Shown piece after piece: positions 1 through 7,962 of a stretch of 24,000 nucleotides of DNA; position 1 is the stretch's first letter, and each line of letters begins with the position of its first letter. A program made the translations under genes and the position numbers. Origin of the DNA: Stellaceae bacterium (GTDB lineage: Bacteria > Pseudomonadota > Alphaproteobacteria > ATCC43930 > CGMCC-115725); the NCBI GenBank assembly GCA_036501365.1, contig DASYAL010000060.1, forward strand, positions 151,185 to 175,184. Direction: 5' to 3'. The notes below the pieces were generated by a model that worked only from the letters and a program-made list of their open reading frames with translations, searched no databases and had not been told where the DNA came from.

Positions 1-404
1 CCGTCGAGGCCGATCAGGTCGATGGCGGCGATGGCGCGCTGGCGCCGTTCGTCGCGCGGCACGCCCTGCGCCTCGAGCCCGAGCTCGACATTGCCGAGCA
101 CGGTCAGCCACGGGAAGAGCGCGAAGCTCTGGAACACCATCGCGATGCCGTAAGCAGGGCCGTAAACCGGCTGGCCGCGATAGGTCACGGCGCCTTCGCT
201 CGGCGGCGTCAGCCCCGCAACCACGCGCAGGAAGGTCGATTTGCCCGAGCCCGACTTGCCGAGGATGGCGACAATCTCGCCTTCCTTGAGGGTGAAGTCG
301 ATATGGTCGAGCACCAGGCGGCCGGCGTGATCCGGCTGCTGATAAGTCTTGCAGATGCTCGTTGCAGCAATGAGGTTGGTGTCGACGGTGGTGATCGTGT
401 CCAT
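1..404 (-). CDS. ABC transporter ATP-binding protein (NitT/TauT-like), N-terminal ~134 codons only; continues past the left window edge
   Basis: My own translation of the minus strand from the ATG at 404-402 gives MDTITTVDTNLIAATSICKTYQQPDHAGRLVLDHIDFTLKEGEIVAILGKSGSGKSTFLRVVAGLTPPSEGAVTYRGQPV...IAMVFQSFALFPWLTVLGNVELGL. It has Walker A GKSGSGKST and the MVFQ..ALFPW motif typical of this ATPase family. It starts 5 nt after the stop of the upstream permease. It is absent from the ORF track because it is open at the edge; the listed 209..1135 ORF is a different, spurious frame. Confidence 0.9.
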   Translation of the reverse strand, partial: MDTITTVDTNLIAATSICKTYQQPDHAGRLVLDHIDFTLKEGEIVAILGKSGSGKSTFLRVVAGLTPPSEGAVTYRGQPVYGPAYGIAMVFQSFALFPWLTVLGNVELGLEAQGVPRDERRQRAIAAIDLIGLD

Positions 405-408
405 GGGG

Positions 409-2145
409 TCAGTCCAGCCGTAGCCGCTCTTCGGCAAGGTGATAGAGCCGCCGCCAGAGCAGCCGATTGATCACCAAGACATAGAGGCTCAGCACCGTAA
501 TGCCGAGGGCGATGCGAGGGAAGTCGCCTTTTGCCGTCATCTCGGCGATATAGGCGCCGATGCCGGTCGCCTGCAGCGTCGTGTCGCCCCATTTCGCGAT
601 CTCGGCGACGATCGAGGCGTTCCACGAGCCGCCCGAGGCGGTCACCGCGCCGGTGACATAGGCCGGGAAGATCGCCGGGAGGATCAGCCGCCGCCACCAC
701 AGCCAGTGGCGCACGCCGAGATTGCCGGCGACGAGCTGGTAATCGGTCGGCAGCGCCAGAGTGCCGGCGATGACGTTGAAGAGGATGTACCACTGCGTGC
801 CGAGGATCATCAGCGGCGATAGCCAGATCTCGGGGTTGAGCTTGTAGAGGACGATCGCCGACACGACGATCGGGAAGAACAGATTGGCCGGGAAGGCGGC
901 GAGGAACTGGATGATCGGCTGGACGCGATGCGCGACGCGCGGGCGCAAGCCGATCCAGACGCCGATCGGCACCCAGACGACCGAGGCAAGGACGATCAGC
1001 ACCAGCACGCGCACCAGGGTGAGGAAACCGAGGAACACCACATGCAGGACCTCGCCCAGGCTGACCTCGGCATGGACGAAGTTGCCGATCCCGTAAAGCG
1101 CCGCCAGGGCGATGAGCAGCAAAACGATGTTCCATGCCGTGTCGAGTAGCGGCAGGTGGCGCGGCGCTGTCGGCCGCCGCAGCGTCGGCCGCGGCAGGTT
1201 GTGGGTGATCCGGCTGAGGACCGCGGCGCCGAAATCGACCGAGCCGGTCAAGAGGCGGATGAGCCGCGCGCGCTGCACCATGATGAGGAACCAGGGCGGC
1301 TCGACTTCGTCCTCGCCGAGCTCCTCGAATTTGAAGCGTTGCGCCCAGGCGAGCAACGGCCGGAAGAGAAGCTGGTCGTACATCAGAATCAGCACGAGCA
1401 TCGCGAGGATGGCGTAGAGCACGGCGCTCAAGTCGCGCTGGTCGATCGCCAGCGATATGTAGGAGCCGATGCCCGGCAACAGCACCTGGTGGTCGGCGAC
1501 GCTGATCGCTTCAGAGGCAACGACGAAGAACCAGCCGCCCGAGACCGACATCATCATGTTCCAGATGAGTTGCGGCATCGCGAACGGCACTTCGAGCTGC
1601 CAGAAGCTCTGCCACGGCGAGAGGTGATACATGCGCGCGGCTTCGCGCAGATCGTGGGGCACGGCGATGAAGGACTGATACAGGCTGAACGTCATGTTCC
1701 AGGCCTGCGAGGTGAAGATCGCGAAGATCGCCGCGCATTCGTAGCCGAGGAGACTGCCGGGGAAGAGCGCGATGAAGCCGGTCACGGTGATCGAGAGGAA
1801 GCCCAGGATCGGCACCGATTGCAGGATGTCGAGGATCGGAATGAGCAGCTTCTCGGCGCGCTTGCTCTTGGCGGCGATCGCCGCATAGACGAGGCTGAAT
1901 ACCAGCGAGGCGATCAGCGCCGCCACCATGCGCAGCACGGTGCGCAACCCGTATTGCGGCAGGTAGCGCGGATCGAGCGAGATCGGCAGCGTCTCGCCGG
2001 GGTGATAGGGCACGCTCATCTGCCGGCTCGCCCAGGCGATGAGGATGATGACGCCGATCACCAAAGGCAGCGCGATACCGTCCCAATAGCTCGGGCGAAG
2101 GCGCGACGGCCAAGCGACGATCGGCAAGCCCCAGCGCTGTTGCAT
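409..2145 (-). CDS. Fused two-domain ABC transporter permease (duplicated binding-protein-dependent inner-membrane component)
   Basis: 578-aa ORF with many hydrophobic spans and two copies of the permease EAA-type loop region (REAARMYHLSPWQSFWQLEVPFAMPQLIWNMMMSVSGGWFFVVASE and VAGNLGVRHWLWWRRLILPAIFPAYVTGAVTASGGSWNASIVAE). The ATPase gene follows directly. Confidence 0.9.
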   Translation of the reverse strand: MQQRWGLPIVAWPSRLRPSYWDGIALPLVIGVIILIAWASRQMSVPYHPGETLPISLDPRYLPQYGLRTVLRMVAALIASLVFSLVYAAIAAKSKRAEKLLIPILDILQSVPILGFLSITVTGFIALFPGSLLGYECAAIFAIFTSQAWNMTFSLYQSFIAVPHDLREAARMYHLSPWQSFWQLEVPFAMPQLIWNMMMSVSGGWFFVVASEAISVADHQVLLPGIGSYISLAIDQRDLSAVLYAILAMLVLILMYDQLLFRPLLAWAQRFKFEELGEDEVEPPWFLIMVQRARLIRLLTGSVDFGAAVLSRITHNLPRPTLRRPTAPRHLPLLDTAWNIVLLLIALAALYGIGNFVHAEVSLGEVLHVVFLGFLTLVRVLVLIVLASVVWVPIGVWIGLRPRVAHRVQPIIQFLAAFPANLFFPIVVSAIVLYKLNPEIWLSPLMILGTQWYILFNVIAGTLALPTDYQLVAGNLGVRHWLWWRRLILPAIFPAYVTGAVTASGGSWNASIVAEIAKWGDTTLQATGIGAYIAEMTAKGDFPRIALGITVLSLYVLVINRLLWRRLYHLAEERLRLD

Positions 2146-2328
2146 CGAATCGCCCGTCCCCGGCTCTCAGGATGTTGCATGAGGCCCATCGCGGAGGGGC
2201 GACCCGACGATCGCGACAGGCGAGCCGGGTTTAGCCAAAGATCATGACAAGGAAAAGACATTTGCGGGCGAACGGGCCGCGCCAGCGTCCTTGCGTCCAG
2301 TCAGGGGCGGCCCTAGGTTTTTGCTGCG

Positions 2329-2350
2329 CTCGCGGACGATGATCCGCGAG
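2329..2350 (+). promoter_or_regulatory. Perfect 8-bp inverted repeat (ctcgcgga-cgatga-tccgcgag) 21 nt upstream of the 2372 start codon; 5' UTR hairpin or operator candidate
   Basis: Read directly: 2329-2336 ctcgcgga, loop 2337-2342, 2343-2350 tccgcgag. It sits just 5' of the SD GGGAGGAAG (2359-2367). Function not established. Confidence 0.3.
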
Positions 2351-2371
2351 CCATCCAAGGGAGGAAGTATC

Positions 2372-4051
2372 ATGCGCGCTCGGCAGGGTGTTTCCGCCTG
2401 GTTGTTGGGTGTTCTCGCGGCATCGCTCGTCTTCGCGACATCGGGCGCGTCAGCCGCCGGCGGTTCGGCGCCGGCTTTGACCGGCATCGTCACGTCGACC
2501 GAAGGCACGCCGCTCGAAGGCGTCGTCGTCAGCGCCGGCCACCCCGGGTCGAACATCACCGTCTCGGTGGTCACCGGCGCCAATGGCCGCTACAGCTTCC
2601 CGGCCGGCAAGCTCGCGCCGGGCGGCTATTTCCTCTCGATCCGCGCGACCGGCTACGAGCTCGATGGTGCCGGCGCGGCGCAGGTCGGCGCCCCGAACGC
2701 CGCGACCGATCTGAAGCTCAAGTCGGCGCATGATCTCGCCGCGCAGCTCACCAATGCCGAATGGATCCTCAGCTTTCCAGGCACCGATCAGCAGAAGAGC
2801 ATGCTCGTCAACTGCGTCGGCTGCCACACGCTGGAGCGCGTCGCGCGCTCGACCCATACCGCTGACGAGTGGGTGACCACCATCGACCGGATGAACCACT
2901 ATGCGCAGGTCAGCCAGCCGATCAAGCCGCAAAAGCGCGTCGGCGCCCCCGAGAACACGCCGGCGCCGGAGCTCGTCCGCCGCCAGGCCGAATATCTCGC
3001 CAGCATCAATCTCAGCGCGACGCCGAAATGGCAGTATCCGCTGAAGACTTTGTCGCGCGTCACCGGCCGCGGCACCCGCGTCGTGATCACGGAATACGGC
3101 CTGCCGCGGCCGACGGTCGAGCCGCATGACGTGATCCTCGATGGCAACGGCCGTGTCTGGTATTCGGATTTCGGCGAGATGACGTTCGGCAGCGTCGATC
3201 CCAAGACCGGCAAGGTCACCGAGTATCCGGTGAAGACGCTGAAGCCCGGCTATCCGGTCGGGATGCTCGATCTCGAGCGCGACCACCAGGGCAATTTCTG
3301 GCTCGGCGCGATGTTCCAGGGCGCGCTGGCCAAGTTCGACCGCAAGACCGACAAATTCCAGTTCTGGAGCTTGCCGAAAGCTGCGAACGACGACGTCGCG
3401 CAGATCAACATGGTCACGACCAAGTCCGACGTCTCGGGCAAGGTCTGGACCAACAATGTCGGTCACGGCGACATCTACCGGCTCGATCTCAAGACCGGCC
3501 AGTATCAGCACTTCATGCCCTATAGCGATCTACCGGCCGATTCGCCGATGGCGCACCGGCCGCATGCGATTTACGGCCTTGCTTCCGATTCGCACGACAA
3601 CCTGTTCTTCACCGACTTTGTTGGTCGGTGGATCGGGCGCATCGATGCGCAAACCGGCAAGGCGTCGTTCTATGCGACGCCGACCGACAACTCGCGCCCG
3701 CGCCGCGGCCAGATGGACGGCCAGGACCGGTTCTGGTTCGCGGAATACGGCGCCAACCGCGTGGCGATGCTCGACACCAAGAGCGGCACCTTCCGGGAAT
3801 GGGAGATGCCGACGGCCTGGACCGCGCCCTATGACGTCACGATCGACAAGAATGGCGAGATCTGGACCGGCGGCATGACGACCGATCGCATCGTGCGCCT
3901 CGATCCGAAGAACGGCACCGCGGTTGAATATCCGATGCCGCGCGACACCAACATCCGCCGCGTCTTCGTCGACGAGCAGACGACCCCGGTCACTTTCTGG
4001 GCCGGCAGCAACCACGACGCCGCGGTGGTAAAGGTCGAGCCGCTCGACTGA
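2372..4051 (+). CDS. Secreted multidomain protein: signal peptide, carboxypeptidase-regulatory-like beta-sandwich, single CXXCH heme-c motif region, and a 7-bladed Vgb (streptogramin lyase)-like beta-propeller
   Basis: The ORF frame is open from 2291. I place the start at ATG 2372 because of the strong SD GGGAGGAAG 5-13 nt upstream and a signal-peptide-like N-terminus (MRARQGVSAWLLGVLAASLVFATSGASAAG). LTGIVTSTEGTPLEGVVVSAG...GANGRYSFP..LAPGGYFLSIRATGYE matches the CarboxypepD_reg pattern. From about nt 3080 there are seven repeats of the form D..G.(V/F)W......(I/V).R(L/F)D.KTG....(Y/W)..P. Confidence 0.85.
   Translation: MRARQGVSAWLLGVLAASLVFATSGASAAGGSAPALTGIVTSTEGTPLEGVVVSAGHPGSNITVSVVTGANGRYSFPAGKLAPGGYFLSIRATGYELDGAGAAQVGAPNAATDLKLKSAHDLAAQLTNAEWILSFPGTDQQKSMLVNCVGCHTLERVARSTHTADEWVTTIDRMNHYAQVSQPIKPQKRVGAPENTPAPELVRRQAEYLASINLSATPKWQYPLKTLSRVTGRGTRVVITEYGLPRPTVEPHDVILDGNGRVWYSDFGEMTFGSVDPKTGKVTEYPVKTLKPGYPVGMLDLERDHQGNFWLGAMFQGALAKFDRKTDKFQFWSLPKAANDDVAQINMVTTKSDVSGKVWTNNVGHGDIYRLDLKTGQYQHFMPYSDLPADSPMAHRPHAIYGLASDSHDNLFFTDFVGRWIGRIDAQTGKASFYATPTDNSRPRRGQMDGQDRFWFAEYGANRVAMLDTKSGTFREWEMPTAWTAPYDVTIDKNGEIWTGGMTTDRIVRLDPKNGTAVEYPMPRDTNIRRVFVDEQTTPVTFWAGSNHDAAVVKVEPLD
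2813..2827 (+). other. CXXCH (CVGCH) c-type heme attachment motif within the secreted protein
   Basis: Codons tgc gtc ggc tgc cac are in frame with 2372 (offset 441 nt). The protein has a Sec-type signal, so periplasmic heme attachment is plausible. Confidence 0.65.
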
Positions 4052-4077
4052 CGCGAGGAAGCGAAGGCGCGCGCCGC

Positions 4078-5307
4078 TCAGGCGTGCTTGCGCGCCGGCT
4101 CTTCGGTCGGCGCCGGCCCTTGGCTCACCCCCGCGGGGCTGACGTCGGCGATGCCGATGATCCGCGCCGCCGGAAAGCACGCGCGCGCGGTCGTGCCGTC
4201 GCCGACCTTGCTGTCGAGCTCGAATGTGCCGCCGTGAAGCCGCATCATCACGGCGACCAGCGGTAGGCCGAGGCCGGTGCCGTTATGGGCGCGGCTCAAA
4301 GCGCTGTCGACCTGCACGAAGGGCTGCATCACGCGCGGCAAATCCTCTTCGGAAATGCCGATGCCGCTGTCCTTGACGGCGATCACGAAGCCGCGCTCGG
4401 GATCGTTCTCGACCGTGACCGTGATCTTGCCGCCGACCGGCGTGAACTTCACCGCGTTCGACAGCAGGTTGAGTAGGATCTGCTTGAGCTTCAGCCGGTC
4501 ACAGAACAGGAGCGGCGGCACGTCGGGCATGATGGTCTCGAGCGACAGACCGGCATCGTCGGCCTTGGGGCTCACCAGGCGCACCACCGTCCGCACGACG
4601 TTGGCAACGTCGACGGTCTCCTCGAGGAGGTCAAGCCGGCCGGCTTCAGCCTTCGAGAGGTCGAGGATCTCGTTGATGATCTTCAGGAGGTCGGTGCCGG
4701 CGTCGAAGATGTCGCGAACATAGGCCTCGTAGGTCGGATTGTTCATCGCGCCCTGGGCGCCGCCGATCATCAACTCCGAGAAGCCGATGATCGCGTTGAG
4801 CGGTGTCCTCAGCTCGTGGCTGATATTGGCGAGGAATTCCGACTTGGCGCGATTCGCCGCCTCGGCACTTTCCTTGGCGACGCGCAGGGTTTCGTAGGCA
4901 GAGCGGTTCTCGACTTCGAGGTTGTGGCGCTCGAACGCGCGGTCGAGCACGGCGCGCAATTCGTCGGGGTCGCAGCTCTTGTCGAAATAGTCGTAGGCGC
5001 CGCGACGTAGCGCGGTAACCGCCGTTTGTGTATCGGCATGCGCCGTCATCATGATGCCGATGAGATCGGGCCGCTCGGCCTTGAGCTTCGCGAGGAGCTC
5101 GACGCCCGACATCCCGCCCAGCCGCACGTCGATGATCGCGATCGGCGGCGCATACCGCTTGAGCGCGATCGCTGCCGTCTCCGGCCGGTCGGCGATGATC
5201 GGCTCATAGCCGGCCGGAATCAGGATGTCGGCGATCGATTCGGCGAATTCCTGATCGTCGTCGACGATCAGGATCTGCCGCATCGCGAGGGGTGCCGTTT
5301 CGGCCAT
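4078..5307 (-). CDS. Hybrid receiver-histidine kinase (N-terminal REC, coiled linker, HisKA, HATPase_c)
   Basis: 409 aa. REC hallmarks: [23 protein letters not shown] (acceptor Asp), IMMTAH, YFDKS. H-box: [20 protein letters not shown]-box: [10 protein letters not shown]-boxes: DSGIGI and GTGLGLPLV. The start may instead be the Met 8 codons downstream (MRQILIV). Confidence 0.9.
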   Translation of the reverse strand: MAETAPLAMRQILIVDDDQEFAESIADILIPAGYEPIIADRPETAAIALKRYAPPIAIIDVRLGGMSGVELLAKLKAERPDLIGIMMTAHADTQTAVTALRRGAYDYFDKSCDPDELRAVLDRAFERHNLEVENRSAYETLRVAKESAEAANRAKSEFLANISHELRTPLNAIIGFSELMIGGAQGAMNNPTYEAYVRDIFDAGTDLLKIINEILDLSKAEAGRLDLLEETVDVANVVRTVVRLVSPKADDAGLSLETIMPDVPPLLFCDRLKLKQILLNLLSNAVKFTPVGGKITVTVENDPERGFVIAVKDSGIGISEEDLPRVMQPFVQVDSALSRAHNGTGLGLPLVAVMMRLHGGTFELDSKVGDGTTARACFPAARIIGIADVSPAGVSQGPAPTEEPARKHA

Positions 5308-5313
5308 GACGAT

Positions 5314-6051
5314 TTACGCGGCGGTTTTCCCGACATCGCCCGCGGTGGCGCGGGCGATCGCGTGCAAGAGCTCGGTCGGATCGAAGGGCTTCATCAAGAT
5401 GCCGCTTTCGGAGCGCAGCTCCGACACGGCGTTGCTGCGCTCGCCCGGAAGCCCGGTGACGAAGATCGTCGGGATCGCCTTGCCGAGGGCTCTGAGCTTG
5501 CGATAGACGTCGATTCCCGTCAGCAGCGGCATTGAAAGGTCGAGCACCAGGCAATCGACGCCTTCGGCCGTGGCGCGCGCCAGCGCCTCCTCGCCGGTCG
5601 AGGCGAGCACGACCCGATAGCCATGTCGGGTGAGGATCGGCTCGAGGCTGGCGGCGAAATCGGGATCGTCATCGGCCACCAGCACCATGCCGCGCGGCTT
5701 GATGCGCTCGAGCACCTGGAGGAGATCCTGGATCGCGAAAGGCTTGCGCAACACGCCGAGGGCGCCGTTCTCGATCGCCTGGGTGATGAGCTGCTCGAGG
5801 CTGAAGCCCGTCATCATCATGACCCGCGCATCGGGTCGGATCTTCTTGAACTCGAAGAACGTCTCGACGCCGTTCATGCCCGGCAGCTTGACGTCCATGA
5901 AAACGATGTCGAAGTCGTGGCGCTTGAAGATCTCGACGCCCTGCTCCCCCGAGAAGGCCGCCTCGACCTCATGGCCGCGCATCGACAGGATATCGACGAT
6001 GCTTTCCGCGTGATCGCGGTCGTCGTCGATGACCAGAACCCTCGCCGTCAT
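5314..6051 (-). CDS. Stand-alone tandem-receiver response regulator (REC-REC, no output domain)
   Basis: 245 aa. REC1: VLVIDDDRD, IVFMDVKLPGMNG, MMMTGF, LRKPF. REC2: VLVADDDPDF, CLVLDLSMPLLTG, IFVTGL, LMKPF. Its start overlaps the upstream kinase stop as ATGA (6048-6051). Confidence 0.9.
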   Translation of the reverse strand: MTARVLVIDDDRDHAESIVDILSMRGHEVEAAFSGEQGVEIFKRHDFDIVFMDVKLPGMNGVETFFEFKKIRPDARVMMMTGFSLEQLITQAIENGALGVLRKPFAIQDLLQVLERIKPRGMVLVADDDPDFAASLEPILTRHGYRVVLASTGEEALARATAEGVDCLVLDLSMPLLTGIDVYRKLRALGKAIPTIFVTGLPGERSNAVSELRSESGILMKPFDPTELLHAIARATAGDVGKTAA

Positions 6052-7898
6052 GCTGCTATCCCCTTCATTTTCCGCGCGAGCCGGTTGAGCCGCACCGTCA
6101 CCTGGGTACCCCTACCAAGCTCGCTCGCGATCGTGATCGTGCCGCCGTGCTGTTCGACGATCTGCTTCACCATTGGCAGGCCGAGGCCGGTGCCGAAACT
6201 CTTGGTGCTGAACAGAGGCTCGAAGACCTTGGGCAATACCTCCGGCGAGATGCCGCTGCCGGTATCCGCGACCACGAGCTGAAAGCGGTCTTCGACGATG
6301 GCAGTCGTCACCGCGATCCTGCGCTCGCGGGCATCCTCGGGAATCGCCTGGGCGGCATTGTCGATGAGGTTGATGAGCACGCGGCGCATGCGCTCGAGAT
6401 CGATTGCGACCATGCAGCCGGCGTCGAGATGGCGCGTTATCTCGATGCCGGTGGGGACGCGCTGCTCGCTCAGCACTTCATCGACCCACGGATCGACCGC
6501 AAGCTCGCTCAAGCGCAGCTCCTTTATACGCGTATAGTCGAGCAAATCGTTGATGATGCAGTCGCACCGCGCGACGCTGCGCTCGACGCGCGAGATCGGC
6601 CGCTCGAGATCGATGCCCTTGGCTACGGCGGTCTCTTTCAGCGCGAACAGGGTGTTGCGGATGGCGCTCAGGGGGTTGCGCAGCTCGTGCGCCATGGTTG
6701 CGGTCAGCTGACCCAGCGCCGACAACCGTTCTTTGCGCACCAACTCGCTCTGCGTCGCCCTGAGCTCGGCGGTGCGCTCTTCGACGCGGCGCGCAAGCTC
6801 GATCTCGACCGCCATTTCCGCGGTCACGTCCCGGCCCGAGCCGCGATAGCCGCGGAAATGGCCCTTCGCGTCGAAGACCGGCTTGCCGCTGACGCTGACA
6901 TGGATGATGTGTCCGTCCGGCAGCGTCCGCTTGAAGCGGAAATTGTGGAATGGCCGGTGCGCCGCCAGGTCGGCGTCATGCGCGGCCCACTGCTCCGGCG
7001 TTACGCCGCCTTCTTTGGCAGTCTCGTGCCGGGTCTTGCCCAGATCCTCGTCGCTGGTGATCTCATCCGAGCGCCCGCCGCCGGAAAAGCGCGCGAAGCG
7101 CAGATTCTCGTCCTGCTCCCAAAACCAGTCGGAGGTTGCTTCGGCGAAATCGCGGAACCGTGTTTCGCTCTCCGCGAGCGATTGCTGCGCCTCCTCGGCT
7201 TCCTCGCTCTTGAGATGATGATAGAGCGCAAAGACCAGCCCCATCGCCGCGAGAAGCAGGAAGATCATGGCGGCGAGCCCGGCCGCCTCGATTAAATTGC
7301 TGCGCAGAAAAGCGCCCATCGGCACGTCGATGACGAAAGCGCCCATCACGTCGTTCAGATGCCAAGCGGGCTTGCCGGCTTGGAGTTGGTTATGGCAGTC
7401 GACGCAGCTCTGCTGCGTCGCGAGCGAGGGGTAGACCGTGCGCTGGACTGGCTCGCCGTTGATCGACAGGATTTCCGTGACCGGCTTGGGACCGGGGGTC
7501 GCGGTGAAGGAGCGGATGGTCGCGGCCATGCCGGCATCGAGCGGCGCGGTCTTGATCTCGCGGCCGGGAAAGCCGACCAAGCGCAGATCGAAAATGCCAT
7601 CGCCGCCATGGGCTTTGCCGAAAGCGGTGATCGCGTCCGCGCGGAAGGTCGCTGGAACCGGTGCCTGCGATGCCGAAAGCTGCGTGCGCACCGCGGCATA
7701 CTCGTTGACGAAAGCGTCCACGAGTTGCAGCGCCGTGATCTTCTCTTCGCTCTTATGCTCCTTGAACCAGCTCAGATTCGACGCGTAGAAGCCGTAGCCG
7801 ACCCCGGCCGCGAGCAGCTGGCAGAAGCACAGGAAGATGATGAACCCTTGTCCCGATCGCGAGCCGAGAAACCGGGCGCATCGCGCCAATGGCCCCAT
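6048..7898 (-). CDS. Membrane sensor histidine kinase: TM1, periplasmic CXXCH (DUF3365-like heme-c) domain, TM2, PAS, HisKA, HATPase_c
   Basis: 616 aa. TM1: GFIIFLCFCQLLAAGVGYGFYA. A periplasmic stretch of about 160 aa ends in SCVDCHNQLQAGKPAWHLNDVMGAFVIDVP. TM2: AAGLAAMIFLLLAAMGLVFALY. PAS: FRDFAEATSDWFWEQDENLRF. H-box: MAHELRNPLSAI. G-boxes: DTGSGI and GTGLGLPMV. Confidence 0.9.
   Translation of the reverse strand: MGPLARCARFLGSRSGQGFIIFLCFCQLLAAGVGYGFYASNLSWFKEHKSEEKITALQLVDAFVNEYAAVRTQLSASQAPVPATFRADAITAFGKAHGGDGIFDLRLVGFPGREIKTAPLDAGMAATIRSFTATPGPKPVTEILSINGEPVQRTVYPSLATQQSCVDCHNQLQAGKPAWHLNDVMGAFVIDVPMGAFLRSNLIEAAGLAAMIFLLLAAMGLVFALYHHLKSEEAEEAQQSLAESETRFRDFAEATSDWFWEQDENLRFARFSGGGRSDEITSDEDLGKTRHETAKEGGVTPEQWAAHDADLAAHRPFHNFRFKRTLPDGHIIHVSVSGKPVFDAKGHFRGYRGSGRDVTAEMAVEIELARRVEERTAELRATQSELVRKERLSALGQLTATMAHELRNPLSAIRNTLFALKETAVAKGIDLERPISRVERSVARCDCIINDLLDYTRIKELRLSELAVDPWVDEVLSEQRVPTGIEITRHLDAGCMVAIDLERMRRVLINLIDNAAQAIPEDARERRIAVTTAIVEDRFQLVVADTGSGISPEVLPKVFEPLFSTKSFGTGLGLPMVKQIVEQHGGTITIASELGRGTQVTVRLNRLARKMKGIAA
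7392..7406 (-). other. CXXCH (CVDCH) heme-c attachment motif in the periplasmic sensor domain of the kinase (residues 165-169)
   Basis: Plus-strand atggcagtcgacgca is the reverse complement of tgc gtc gac tgc cat. It is in frame (492 nt from the 7898 start), lies between the two predicted TM segments, and is the only CXXCH in the protein. Confidence 0.7.
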
Positions 7899-7905
7899 GA
7901 TCCGC

Positions 7906-7962
7906 CGCCCTTAATCCTCGCCGATTTCGCGGCGGATAATGGGCGCTCTTTCGTTAAGGGCG
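7906..7962 (-). promoter_or_regulatory. 9-bp inverted repeat (cgcccttaa ... ttaagggcg, 39-nt spacer) in the AT-rich leader of the kinase operon; the proximal arm covers the likely SD
   Basis: Read directly: 7906-7914 cgcccttaa and 7954-7962 ttaagggcg. On the minus strand the arm ttaagggcg lies 8-16 nt upstream of the ATG (7898) and contains the only purine-rich SD-like string (AAGGG). The function is inferred only. Confidence 0.3.

Noticed and set aside
1156-2247. 363-aa plus-strand ORF antisense to the fused permease. Similar long ORFs run antisense to or out of frame with real genes at 209..1135, 2450..3511, 7359..9176, 10062..11498, 15880..17400, 17392..18546, 19379..20590 and 21724..22947.
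   Set aside because: Their translations are Arg/Ala/Gly/Asp/His-rich low-complexity strings with no recognisable motifs. In every case the opposite or alternative frame encodes a protein with clear family signatures. Long stop-free antisense frames are expected at this GC content.
2304-2320. Short stem aggg-gcgg-ccct followed by aggttttt, which looks like a mini terminator.
   Set aside because: It has only a 4-bp stem, and there is no upstream plus-strand gene to terminate.
2244-2342. 32-codon ORF (MTRKRHLRANGPRQRPCVQSGAALGFCCARGR) in the leader of the secreted propeller gene; a possible uORF or leader peptide.
   Set aside because: There is no SD-like sequence before its ATG (ttagccaaagatc) and no recognisable peptide features. 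It ends inside the 2329-2350 hairpin, which is suggestive but insufficient evidence.
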